A DNA stretch of 64,000 nt from Octopus vulgaris (taxonomy: Eukaryota), in NCBI GenBank assembly GCA_951406725.2, contig OX597820.1:37572001-37636000 (forward strand). Reading direction: 5' to 3'. Within the stretch, counting starts at the first letter, position 1. Each line of letters opens with the position of its first letter. The notes below the pieces were generated by a model. The model did no database searches, had not been told where the DNA came from, and saw nothing but the letters and a program-made list of their open reading frames with translations. Below, piece after piece: positions 27,213 to 39,882 of the stretch. The translations under genes were made by a program, and so were the position numbers.

Positions 27213-27480
27213 ACAGTTCTCTATTTAAGAGAACTATGCCATATGCCCACGGGCATGTGGCATAGTGATTAAGAGAATGGGCTACTAACCCCAAGATTCA
27301 GGGTTCGATTCCAGGCAGTGACCTTAATAATAATAACATCAAAAAATACCTTAGGAATCAGAACCCGGGTTCAAAATTTCCCCAAGACACCTGCTGAAGG
27401 CTGGAGGGTATATCAGCCAAAATGTGTTAACAACAAACAAGATGAGGACAAATATCTGTCAAATATAAATAATGTATAAT
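27213..27480 (+). mobile_element. tRNA-headed short element carrying a decayed hammerhead motif
   Basis: A-box tggcatagtga 27258-68, B-box GGTTCGATTCC 27302-12; then acac-CTGCTGA-a-ggctg(10 nt)cagcc-AAAA-t-gtgt at 27386-27428. Confidence 0.65.
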
Positions 27481-30144
27481 CTTAAGTTTTTGTTGAGAAT
27501 CTCACACAGTTAGATAAAGTGTTATGTTTTTGTGCTTTGCAGTGAATTGCATCATTTTTGCTACCCTGGTGCACATTTTTACATATTCTAGAATTGAAAT
27601 TTCTTTTAGTTAACAAACGTTTAGATAAAGTATTTTATTTGCTAATGTAATAAAGAAGCTGAGCATTGTTCATAGGCAGGGATTTTTGTAGTGAAAGAGC
27701 CTGGCGTTTTGTCTGCCATAGTTAATGAATGTGTTCTTGTGTTAATCAGAAGTAGTTTTCCTTGTAACCCTTGATTGACATTTCCTTAGCATTCACTTTT
27801 GAGTGAGTAGGTATTTGTTTTATTGCTACTACATAAATATAAAGTTTTAACTTGTTTATCCAGTGACCAAATATGTTTAGATAAAACTGTTATGTTCTTA
27901 TTTATATGATGAAAGGTTTTGGTGTGTTTTGTATAACGGCTTTTGTACTTTCTCTGATTGTAGTGTATATTCTTCTTTTCTTTTTACTTGAATGTACTGT
28001 TTCTTAATCATTCACCATTTAGTAGGCATTGGTTTATCTTGCTATGGTTGCAGTAAAGTTCTAAAATGTTGATTTTTTTTTTTTTTTCAGTGAGAATATT
28101 CTATTGAAATGGTTTGTTGTAATGTTGTCTATGTTTATGCTGAATTTCTAGCTAACCTTTATATTGTACCAAATGAATACTGCATAGTATTTGTAACTGG
28201 TATGGAAGAGTTAGTTGTTCAGTATGAAAACCATCTCAGGAACCCTTGTTTCTACATTCCTACTTTACAGTGGAGTAAATAGTTGTAGCATTGTTTGTCT
28301 GTTTTCGTTATTGTTGTTCACATTCATGCAGGAATTTGATTTCGTTGTTCAACTTAGCAATTCATTGTGGAATCACTATAGATGTATAGCATAATCAGTT
28401 ACGTTTTTTTTTTTAAGCAGTGGATACAATCTAATAATGGAAAATTCTTCAAAGGTTTTAACATTTCTATAAAATATAATTCACAGAGTAAACATCTTTG
28501 ATCCATTGATTGCTGCTAACCATATAGAAAACCAAACAAGTTGCTAACAAATATAAATATACTTTAGAGTCATCTTACAGAATGGGTTAGACATGAATAT
28601 AATTAAAAGATTCTAATATTTGCAAAATGTTTTTGTTAGTTATCCCATAACCCTAATGGGACAACTGTGAATACAGTCTTCATATAGGAGTTCAGAGGAG
28701 AAATAACTTAGGGTGGTTTCCTATTTTGCCTTCCAGATCCATTATTGTAAAATCTGTCTGTACTCTGCTAAATTCCCTCACTACTAGCTTCTCTGAGCTA
28801 GCTACTTGTATACCACCTTCACTTTGACTCACCTGACCCTCTTGTCTCTCTTTGTTACCCTACCTAATCTTCCCTACTTTCCTGAACTTACATTAGCCAT
28901 AGTTTCCAATTCTTCTTCCTCAGACTGTCAACTCATAGAGAATCCCCTCCTAAATGAATTTTTCTCCTACAGAAGCTGACTTACATTTTCAGCCATATTA
29001 ATCTTGCCACTCTTGGAGGGCCTGCAAAATGACAAAGGTGCTACCCTCCTTCATGAGTAAACAGTTTTTAAAATTAATCCTTCAGTTTAGCCACTACAAT
29101 CTAACAAAGCATTTGTTAATTTTACACTAACATCACTGCTATTTTCAGTGTGGAACTATACCACTCTGTAGGGCTAGGTATAATTAGTTGTAGAGGTCTT
29201 GATTATAGACACAACACAATGCCAGTCTCAAGATAAACTACTGACTTCTTGGTTGAGTGTTCAGTACTTTATCAATTTGCCCATTGAGTTTTCATGTCTC
29301 TTTCTTTCTATGTTTTCCTTGTGTGCATACATGAAAACGTAGCTGTTGCTTTTGTTTATCCAAGCTCCTATTAAATTGATCATGGCTTAAAACTAGATAC
29401 ATATGCCCTGGGAAATGTCTCTGTTTTATTTCTTGTCTTTGCAGCAGTATCTGCATTTTAGCTATTCAACGGAGGGGCATAAAGTATTGTTTAGCTATCT
29501 CTCATTTGAATGAAATGAAATGAAGAAGTTTTATGTAATTTCTCTGAAAATGAATGCACAAATATTGTGGGCTAGATGTTTGCTGCTGTTGTGTAGCCCT
29601 ATATCAGCCTTAGATTAGTAGATCTAAGTGTGAAAGCATTCTAGCCTAGTGGTTTGGGTGTTGCATTGACAATCATAAGATTGTGCTTTTTACTCCTGGA
29701 CTGAACAGTGCATTGTGTTCTTAAGCAAAACATTTCATTTCACATTACTCCAGTTCACTCAGCTGTGAATGAGTAACCTTGTGATGAACTGGCATCCAAT
29801 TCAGAAGGAATATTGTGATCACAGTCACTTATATGCATGGAAATCAGGTACCTGGCCTGTGAGTCCTAGGACTTGGAACACTAATTTCAAGGGGTTGATG
29901 ATCCATGTCTGTCATCTTTTCCTAAACTATGTTACCCAATGTATTTTACCTTTCTATGATGGTAGAGGGTGTGATGTGAGAGAGATTTGATGTTATTTTT
30001 AGCAGGTCAAGTGATCAGACTATGTATGTGTTTCCCTTGTTGGTTCTTGATGTTGCTGTTGAATCACTCTGATGGTTGGGTTTGATGACATTCTGTACAT
30101 TAATTAACCACATCTGGTACTCTGGGTGCATTAATTATCCACAT

Positions 30145-30350
30145 CTGGTAGCATGGGTTGGATCATTTGACAGGAACTGGCCAGCTGGGGGACAGCCCAG
30201 GTTCCAATTGTCTATTTTGGCATGGTTTCTGTGGTTGGATGCCTTTTCTAGTGCCAGCCTTTTTACAGAGTGTACTGAGTGCTTTTTATGTGGCACGAAA
30301 ACGGGTGCTTTTACATGGCACCGGCATGGATGCTTTTATGTGGCACTGGC
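30145..30350 (-). mobile_element. Family B degenerate copy
   Basis: gcatgggttgga...ggatgccttt...ttttatgtggcac repeats. Confidence 0.65.
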
Positions 30351-31002
30351 AGGGGTAGACTTTTATTATTTTCCACTCTTTTTCAGTCCTGCCTTTATTG
30401 TGGATATCATATTGGAGGAATTTTGAAAACTGAAAAATACAATTCCTACTTTTAAGACCTGATGGGAGTATAAAATGATTTGGATGTTTGTAGGTCAATA
30501 CCAACTTAATGTCCACTCTCCTCTGATTACAGGATTCTGGCATTAATACTCTCTTATACCTTTTCTCATTATTTTATACTTTTATAGTGTTTTAGCCCAA
30601 AAGGCTGTGGCCATACTGGAGCTCTATCATTGATGACATATCTTTTATAAACAAATAATGGAAGAGCCTTTATGCAGTCACTTGGCGTGCTAGCACTGAC
30701 AGCCAAATCTCCCACAAATCTTAGCCTATATCTTTAAAAACAAATGGACATATTGGATAATATAGTCTTAAAAATACTGTCAAAATAAGATATGATGATC
30801 ACAATTGGGTTGTCTTAGTTCATAAGTATGTTCAGTCAAGGCTGGCTTGGGGCTAAACAGCCACCAGAACAAAGAAGAACACTATGGCTGGAACACCTTT
30901 TGAACATGGGTCTGGTGGAACAGTGCTGACTTTGGGATGAACAATAATACTGTATATAGGAGCCTCTGTGCAGTCTCTCATTCTGTTAGAAATAGTGGCC
31001 AA

Positions 31003-31423
31003 AGGTATGGCTGTGTGGTAAGAGGCTTTCTTCCCAACCACATGGTTCCGGGTTCAGTCCCACTGTGTGGCACCTTGGGCAAGTGTCTTCTACTATAACC
31101 TCAGGCTGACCAAAGCCTTGTGAGAGGATTTGGTAGATGGAAACTGAAAGAATCCCGTTGTGTGTGTGTGTGTGTGTATATATATGTATACATTTATGTG
31201 TGTGTGTGTGCCTTTGTATCTGTGCTTGTCCCCCCTACCATGCCTTGACAACTGATGTTGGTGTGTTTATGTCCTCGAAACTTAGCGGTTCAGCAAAAGA
31301 GACCACTAGAATAAGTACTAAGCTTACAAAGAATAAGTCCGGGGGGGTGCTTTCTATAAGTAAAGGCAGTGCTCCAGCATGGCTGCTGTCAAATGACTGA
31401 AATGTGTAAAAGGGAAGAAAGAG
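31003..31423 (+). mobile_element. SINE family A, full length
   Basis: Head, body and tail all present. Confidence 0.88.
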
Positions 31424-32817
31424 TAACTCTCCCTCAAATTGAGCTCTAATGTCTGAAGGAAAAAAAATGCATTGGATAATGTGGTCTTAAATGCATTTTG
31501 ACCAGGAAAAAAAGAAAGAAAGACAAAGCGCTCACATTTGAAATACTTTAGATCATAGGATTGCTCAGATGATTGCTCAGATAACAGCTACAGCAACAAC
31601 AGGTATCTGGTATGAAAGGAAGCTCTCAATAGTTACTGTACTTGTAATGAATAGCAGCTGTATCACACCCTATTTTCTCTTCCTCTTCTTACATGTGTTT
31701 TCTTTGTGGGCATAGATTGAATAGGTTGTCACAGTCCAAATTATTTCCTATTCAAAATCATTGCTCTCCTTGGTAGGTTGGCTTTGGGAGTGGTGAGCTT
31801 AGCTTGTGCAAATATTTAATTTGATATGGTTTCTATATCTGGATACCCTTCTTCACATCAACCACCAAGCAGAGTTCATAGGATACATTTTATTAAGGCA
31901 ACAGTACAAGACTCACTGTCCTACATAATCTCTGTTCATTTTCCTGTCAGTTTACAGAGGATATTAGGTACAAGGCACCAACATTAGAGAAGCTAGTGTC
32001 CTCAGCTAAACAAAAGAGTCTTCTCAATCTTATGGTGTCTCTATTCATTCACCAACCACTTCCCTCTGTATACTGGATGATATAATACACATATGTATGT
32101 GTGTATTATCATTGTCATCATCATTTAATGCCTGTCTTTCATGCTGCTTTGGGTTGGATAGTTTGACAAGAGCTGGCCAGATAGAAGACTACACCAGGCT
32201 ACTGTGTCTGTGTCTACACCAGGCTACATGTGTGTGTGTGAATATATGCAAGTGTATATGTGTGTGTATGTTTATATGTATATAGGCATGTACATGTGTG
32301 TATGTTGACAGAGAGAGAGAGAGAGCAATAGTATCATTGGTGTTGTATATTAGGCATGATTTAATATGATCAAAGGTGTTCCAGCCATGACCATCCCATT
32401 TTTTATTTACCCATAGTGTGTCTTAGACATTATCTACATTGCTTTATATACACTTACTCTGGGTGCTATTTAGCCTCCCGTAGGCTCTGACTGAACATAC
32501 TTGTGAACTAAGACAATCCTGTTGTGATTATCCTATCTTTTACTCTGATGGTGTTTTTAATGCTATTTTATTCAGTGGATCCATTCTTTTTTAAAGACAT
32601 AATAATATATAAACTAAACACAGGGTGAGGAAGCCATAGCTGGAATGTTTTGATCTTGTGAGCATGGATCTGCTTTATCACAGCTAACCTGGGGCTAAAC
32701 AACAACAAGGACTGTGTGCATATATGTTTTCTTGTTGCTGTTGTTTGTTATTAGTCTTTATCCTCTTCTTTGGTTTTACTACAATAAAACAGGAAATCCT
32801 AACTGGCTTTTGTTTAG

Positions 32818-32912
32818 ATGTTCAAAGTTCTGGCCTTTCACCGCTCACAGCTTCTATGGAAATCAACAGAAACCAGTCAAGGCTGTATTGCGCATTAAAT
32901 TACTTGAGTTAA
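32818..32912 (+). CDS. Candidate alternative terminal exon (phase 1; xVQSSGLSPLTASMEINRNQSRLYCALNYLS*)
   Basis: Branch-like ctaac, then tggcttttgtttag| acceptor; CpG-retaining unique sequence; all three frames are open, so the frame is not determined. Confidence 0.3.
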
Positions 32913-33258
32913 TCTTTCTATTATATGCTTCTGATGTTTTATTGAGCATTATGATATGTAGGTGTTTGTGTTTTAATGTGTGTGTGTCTGTGTATATTTA
33001 TGTATATATAACATTTATTTACATATATTTGTGTGCATATGTCTGTATAATGTATATAGATGGATATAGATATATATTTGAGTGTGTGTGCATATATATA
33101 TATATATGTTTGTGTGTATGCATTGAGAGAGGGAGCAAAGAAAGAGAATATCATTTATGTTGTATGTCAGGTGTGATTTTGAGAAGCTTGTCAGGCAAGA
33201 GTCCTTAGGAACTGATATGGTTGGTTAATAGGATAAAATGCCAGTCTGTATGTGTGTA

Positions 33259-33410
33259 TGCAGGTGTGGCAAGAAGTTTGCTTCCCAACCACATAGTTCT
33301 AAGTTCAGTGCCATTGTGTGGCACCTTGGGCAAGTGTCTTCTGCTGTAGCCCTGAGTCTGACTAAAACCTTGAGTGGATTTGGTAGACAGAAACTGAAAG
33401 AAGCCCATTA
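33259..33410 (+). mobile_element. SINE family A 5' half
   Basis: Head and body up to gaaagaagccc, abutting the LINE poly(A). Confidence 0.8.
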
Positions 33411-33418
33411 TATATATA

Positions 33419-35066
33419 TTTTTTTTTGAAGTTTCAGCTCAGAGCTGTGGCCATGCTGATGTACCGCCATTTTGTGCTACACTGTTATTACTAAGAGCCC
33501 CCTCTAATATGTGGCACTTGGTGAAGAATGGAGTTTGATATAGCTACCCTCATTTGCACCTCTTGTCGTGAGGTAGGTTCATCTGGGACTCTTGACAGGA
33601 AGAGGTCCAGCTTTGATTTAAAAACAACTACATCTATTTTGTGCAAGTTCCTCAGACTCTTTGGGAGAATATTAAAAAGCTGTGGGCCTTTGAAACCCAG
33701 GCTGTTGCAGTAGCTGGTCCTGAAACATGATGGCATTGCTAGGATCATTGGTACTATGCAGTGTTGTCCCGTTCTAGCATTGGTGTAGCTTTCAATTCCA
33801 AAATTTGGCACAATTCTTTCCAGGATCTTCCAGATATATATTACTGCATACCTCTCCCATCTTCTCCCCAGGGAGTAGTCTTAGATGTTTCAACCTTTCC
33901 CAGTAGCTGAGCTGTTGCAAAGAGACGATCTTCTTTGTGAATCTTCTCTGGATTGCTTCAAGGTCCGCTGTTAATTTCACACTAGTGGGTGACCATAGCT
34001 GTGAGCAGTAATCCAGGCGGCTGAGGACGAATGTCCGTCAGAAGACCATCATGGTTTTCTTATCTCTGGTTCTGAATGTTCTTAGGATCCAGCCAGCCAG
34101 TCGTCTGCACTTTGTCGCCATCCTGGTATGTGCACTTGGAAAGAGATATCATCACTCATGTCAATACCCAGGTCGCTCACAGACTTAGGCTCTGGGATTG
34201 AAATTCCCTGTGGACCGGTGTACCCTGTAAGTTTAATATTCAGTTTTGGATGCTGGTAGCACAGGGCCTGGAATTTTTCAGCATTAAACTGCATATTATT
34301 ATCCTCAGCCCATCTGTAGTTTGAGTCCAACTCCTGCTGCAGGTGTGCAACCTCGCTGGGGTTCTGTATTTTCTTCGAGATTTTCGTATCATCTTGCCAG
34401 AGTGGCTATTCGGGCATTTGAGGGCATATCTGAGAGGGCCACTATAAAAAGCAGTGGTCCCAAGACAGTGCCCTGTGGAACACCGCTCACTGTTTGTGTG
34501 TTCATACAGGTGGCTCCATTAACCGCTACTGCCTGACTCCTATCTTTCAGGAAGTCACGTAACCACACTCCAAGTTTTCCAGCTATGCCGATGTCATGCA
34601 GTTTGTGGCATATCATACCATGATCCACCTTGTCAAAAGCTTTTGCAAAATCAAGGTATATTATGTCCACATTTGATTTGTTGAGTAACTGCCTCAACAC
34701 CCAGTCATAATGTTGTAAGAGCTGGGTCAGGCAGCTCCTACCTGGTCGAAAACCATGCTGGGTATCACTCAGCAAGTTATTTTCCTCAAGGAATGCGATT
34801 AGTTTCCCTCTGACTATCCGTTCCATGACTTTGCTGATGTGTGAAGTCAGAGAGATAGGCCTATAGTTTTTGGCATCTACTCTACTTCCCCCTTTATGTA
34901 TTGGGCATATTATTCCCTCCTTCAGCTTGCTTGGCAGTTTGCCATTTGTAAGAAAGCTCTGGAAGAGAATCTTGAGGGGTTTTGCCAGGGCATGTTTACA
35001 TGATTTGAGGAGGATTGCTGGGAAACCATCAGGACCAGCAGTTGAGTTTGTGTCCACTTCATCTAG
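33419..35066 (-). mobile_element. 5'-truncated CR1-clade LINE (RT ORF2 pseudogene)
   Basis: GPDG, NYRPISLTS, QHGFRPGRSC, DFAKAFDKVDH, SGVPQGTVLGPLLF, broken YADD, WAEDNNMQFN, LEAIQRRFTK; several frameshifts; 3' tail plus poly(A) at 33419-33427. Confidence 0.95.
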
Positions 35067-35749
35067 GACTAGTAGTATAGGTATTAAGAACTTGAAGAGC
35101 TGGAATAAATACTGCTAAGTATTTTGTCCACTGTGTTAATGACTCTGCCAGCTCACGTATCTATACACATATCAAACAAAAGACTGGATAAGTCTGCAAT
35201 CTCTGTTTTGATATGCAAATATGTAATTACTCTGCAAATAGAATTCACTAGAAATTTCAATTGCTATGTACATCTCATTCAAAGTAAAACATCTAGCATC
35301 TTGAGGTTTGGCAATAGCAAGGGCTTCTTCTAGTCATAGAATATCTGCCACAAATTCTGTCTGACTGATGTGAAGATGGAAAAGTGAGTGGTGATGATGA
35401 TGATGACGATATTGCAAATGGACCAACTGGCTGATAGACAAGCCACCTTTAGTCACCAACACACTTAGCAACTACTAGTTAACTCTCAAGATATGTCTGT
35501 ATCCACTCTGTTTCTCTGTCTTTTCTGTTAGAGACTATGTCAGTGATTACAATGACGTACTTGGCTCAGGATAAGTCAAAGGTAAATAATGGAGTGGGCA
35601 GGGTCTGTCTGCATAGAGTTTTGGTTCACATTCATTGCAGATGTTTCATTGTGTTCATATATCTTAGCTATTCATTTAATTTTTCCTGCTTCATTTCACT
35701 CAATTGTCAGGTGAGCCAATAAAACTTCTTGTGTTAATTCATAATTTTG

Positions 35750-36350
35750 AGACCACCCACCGTGAAAGTTTCTAAAAGCTAATATGAAAGAAATAGTTAA
35801 AACCTTCTATGTCATAAAATCAAGGCGAGTTAAACGACTGCTCATAACAAGCTATTGGTTTTTCCTATCAGAGGTAAGAGACTATCCATCCATCTATCTA
35901 TCCATCTCCACTATTAAAAGTAGATGAAATAGAAAATATCGATCGTACTCCGTATAATATTAATGGTAATCTGTATTGTGACTTAGGGGTTTTTTAATCC
36001 CCTCCTGTCACATCTTTTCTTTCCACTATTTAGAAAAAAAGAAAAGGAAGTAGTCGATTGTTTATATAGTTTCTAAATGTTTAAATGACAATGCAGTTTT
36101 ATTTCAAGTTACGTTGCATCGATAATTCTCACCCCCCCCCAAAAAAAAATGAAAAATCTAAATTATCTGCATCTACTTGAAAAGAACAAAAAAACAAAAC
36201 AAATAATGAATTATATAAAAAGATATATATCCCATCGCTTCTCTTTCCTCCCTCACTTTTATTTCTTAGCAAACCCTATTTTCTCTTTGCTTCTTACACT
36301 AAAAACAACTGCAAGATGACAGCAACGGTCGTTACAGTCTAATTTCACGT
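35750..36350 (+). promoter_or_regulatory. CpG-retaining island: probable promoter and non-coding first exon (donor AG|GTAAGA, GT at 35874) of the PP2C gene
   Basis: Visible CpG excess in non-repeat sequence versus CpG-depleted flanks; strong donor; the PP2C ATG exon begins with an acceptor, so an upstream exon is required. Linkage is inferred. Confidence 0.4.
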
Positions 36351-36365
36351 GTGTATGTATATATA

Positions 36366-36662
36366 CCGTATTTGATGGCCTATAAGACGCACCCTAGCTT
36401 AGGTTATACTTTTGTAATATAAATTACCACTAAAATAATGTTTTAATTCCTCTACTTACTGGTAATTATAAGCAATTTATTGCATCAACGTTCGATATAA
36501 ACATACCATAGGCGACTGTTCACCAATAGATGGCAGCACACGTTTTGTAAACATAACGTTTTGAGCGAGTTTTGAGCCTACGTTGAGTGCATCGGACGCA
36601 GAGGGATTTTTAAAGCCATTTTTGGGTAAAAAAAGGTGAGTCTTATAGGCCATGAAATACGG
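36366..36662. mobile_element. Tc1/mariner-superfamily (Tc2/pogo-type) MITE, 297 bp
   Basis: About 28-bp TIRs ccgtatttgatggcctataagacgcacc / ggtgagtcttataggccatgaaatacgg flanked by TA duplications (36364-65, 36663-64). Confidence 0.9.
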
Positions 36663-36926
36663 TATGTATGTATGTATGTATGTATGTATGTATGTATGTA
36701 TGTATGTATGTATGTATGTGTGTGTGTGTGTGTATATATGTGTGTATATATATATATATATATGTGTATATATATATATATATGTGTATATATGTGTATA
36801 TATATATATATGTGTATATATATATATGTGTATATATATATGTGTATATATGTGTATATGTATATATATGTGTATATATATGTGTATATATATATGTATA
36901 TATATGTGTATATATATGTGTATATG

Positions 36927-36959
<33 letters not shown>

Positions 36960-36998
36960 GTGTATATGTATATATATATATATGTATATATGTGTATA

Positions 36999-37029
<31 letters not shown>

Positions 37030-37159
37030 GTATATGTATATATATATATGTATATAATAATAATAATAATAATAATAATTGTGTACAGTGCTCAGGTGCA
37101 CTACAACTCATCTAAAGTGTATATATAATCAGGTGAAGTTTCGGCGGATTTCGGAAATG

Positions 37160-37234
<75 letters not shown>

Positions 37235-37905
37235 GTATATATATATATATGTGTATATATATATGTGTATATATATATGTGTATATATATATGTGTATAT
37301 GTATATATATGTGTATATGTATATATATATATATGTGTATATGTATATATATATATGTGTATATGTATATATATATATGTGTATATGTATATATATATGT
37401 GTATATGTATATATATATATGTGTATATGTATATATATATGTGTATATGTATATATATATATGTGTATATGTATATATATATATGTGTATATGTATATAT
37501 ATATATGTGTATATGTATATATATATATGTGTATATGTATATATATATATGTGTATATGTATATATATATGTGTATATGTATATATATATATATGTGTAT
37601 ATGTATATATATATATGTGTATATGTATATATATATATGTGTATATGTATATATATATATGTGTATATGTATATATATATATATGTGTATATGTATATAT
37701 ATATATATGTGTATATGTATATATATATATATGTGTATATGTATATATATATATATGTGTATATGTATATATATATATATGTGTATATGTATATATATAT
37801 GTGTATATGTATATATATATGTGTATATGTATATATATATATATGTGTATATGTATATGTATATATATATATGTATATGTATATATATATATATGTGTAT
37901 ATGTG

Positions 37906-37954
<49 letters not shown>

Positions 37955-37993
37955 GTGTATATGTATATATGTGTATATGTATATATGTGTATA

Positions 37994-38024
<31 letters not shown>

Positions 38025-38075
38025 GTATATGTATATATATGTGTATATGTATGTATATGTATATATATGTGTATA

Positions 38076-38106
<31 letters not shown>

Positions 38107-39429
38107 GTATATGTATATATATGTGTATATGTATGTATATGTATATATATGTGTATATGTATATATATGTGTATATGTATATATATGTGTATATGTATGT
38201 ATATGTATATATATGTGTATATGTATATATATGTGTATATGTATATATATATATATATGTGTATATGTATATATACTTTGATACTTTGATAGGTTTCGGC
38301 CATTATTGGCCCAGGCCATGTCTAACTTAATAGCACCACCTGGTGAAGTCTTTCAAGTCAGAATTTGGGCACTATGGCCCACTCAAGTAGAGAGTTATTG
38401 TTTACAGAGACATATCCAGGTGTAGGGGGTTTATCCGGGATTTCTTGAAGGAATCTGTCCAAAGACTTCTTGAACCCTATAGGGTCAGTTTCTGTTTTAA
38501 TGTGTTTTGGTGTAACGTTAAAGAGAGCGGGGCCAATTGAGGTGAAATAATTGTGCCGTATTGTTGTTATGAGATGAGAGTGCGATTTTTGTTTTGGGCG
38601 GATGGCACGGGGCCCAAGCCTTGGATGTACCTTAAAGGTGATGCCAACATCATTTGGGCAATGCTGATGGAATATTTTCCACATCATGCAGATGATGTAG
38701 CGCTCACGACGACGTTGGAGAGAATAGAGTTTTAGCTTTTCTAGCCGACCCCAATAGTCGAGGCCTGTCATGCCATCTATCTTTTTTGTGATTGCCCTTT
38801 GAGGTGCAATATATATGTGTATATATATATATATATGTGTATATGTATATATATATGTGTATATGTATATATATATGTGTATATGTATATATATATGTGT
38901 ATATGTATATATATATATGTGTATATGTATATATATATGTGTGTATATGTATATATATCTGTGTGTATATGTATATATATCTGTGTGTATATGTATATAT
39001 ATCTGTGTGTATATGTATATATATCTGTGTGTATATGTATATATATCTGTGTGTATATGTATATATATCTGTGTGTATATGTATATATATCTGTGTGTAT
39101 ATGTATATATATATATATGTATTTGTATATATATCTGTATATGTATGTATATATATCTGTATATGTATGTATGTATATGTATATATATGTATATGTATGT
39201 ATGTATATGTATATATATGTATATGTATGTATATGTATGTATATGTATGTATATGTATATATATGTATATATATGTATGTATATGTATGTATATGTATGT
39301 ATATGTATGTATATGTATGTATATGTATATATATGTATATGTATGTATATGTATGTATATGTATATATATGTATATGTATATGTATGTATATGTATATGT
39401 ATATATATGTATATGTATGTATATATATG

Positions 39430-39462
<33 letters not shown>

Positions 39463-39480
39463 GTGTATATGTATGTATAT
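36663..39480. repeat. Very long compound TATG/TA/TG microsatellite field (interrupted at 37077-37158 and 38274-38809)
   Basis: Higher-order unit gtgtatatgtatat(at)n repeated dozens of times. Confidence 0.95.
38274..38809 (-). mobile_element. Young 5'-truncated CR1-clade LINE 3' end (second subfamily)
   Basis: Uninterrupted [36 protein letters not shown]...GPALFN...FKKSLDRFL...; 3' UTR hairpin and (TCAAAGTA)2 tail. Confidence 0.9.
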
Positions 39481-39612
39481 TTACAAGAGATGACAAAGGA
39501 AAAAAACGATTATGAATTTCTTTTATTGCTATTTCTGCTATAAGATGCAGTGGGCTCCTAGTCGAGTGCCTGAATAACACCTTATAGCTTCATTGGAGCC
39601 TTGAATATGAAG
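39479..39612 (-). mobile_element. Penelope-like end with degenerate hammerhead
   Basis: Minus strand: CCAATGA-a-gctataag...cttatagc-a-GAAA; stems I/III decayed. Confidence 0.4.
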
Positions 39613-39657
39613 TGCAATTTGTGTGTATGTATGTATGTATATATATATATATATATA

Positions 39658-39868
39658 TCTTTTATTCTTTTAATGGTTTCAGTCATTTGACTGCGGCCAT
39701 GCTGGAGCATCGCCTTTAGTTGAGCAGCTTGACCCCAGGACTTATTCTTTGTAAGCTTAGTAGATATTCTATTGGTCTCTTTTGAGACCATAACTGAACT
39801 AAGTTATGGGGACATAAACACACCCGCACCGGTTGTCAAGCGATGTTGGGGGACAAACAGACACACAG
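39658..39868 (-). mobile_element. SINE family A 3' half (5' half at 41439-41596)
   Basis: Tail and body; split by nested insertions. Confidence 0.85.
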
Positions 39869-39882
39869 ATATATATATATAT

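Noticed and set aside
27251-27320. Functional tRNA gene (likewise other SINE heads)
   Set aside because: Acceptor and anticodon stems do not close properly and the heads run into repeat bodies.
32714-33208. 164-aa hydrophobic ORF
   Set aside because: Hydrophobicity derives from T-rich and TG/TA repeat sequence; no family motif.
36578-39580. Long 130-400 aa ORFs rich in Y/I/C/V/M/H/T (also 10817-11323)
   Set aside because: Stop-free translations of TA/TG microsatellites, open in many frames on both strands.
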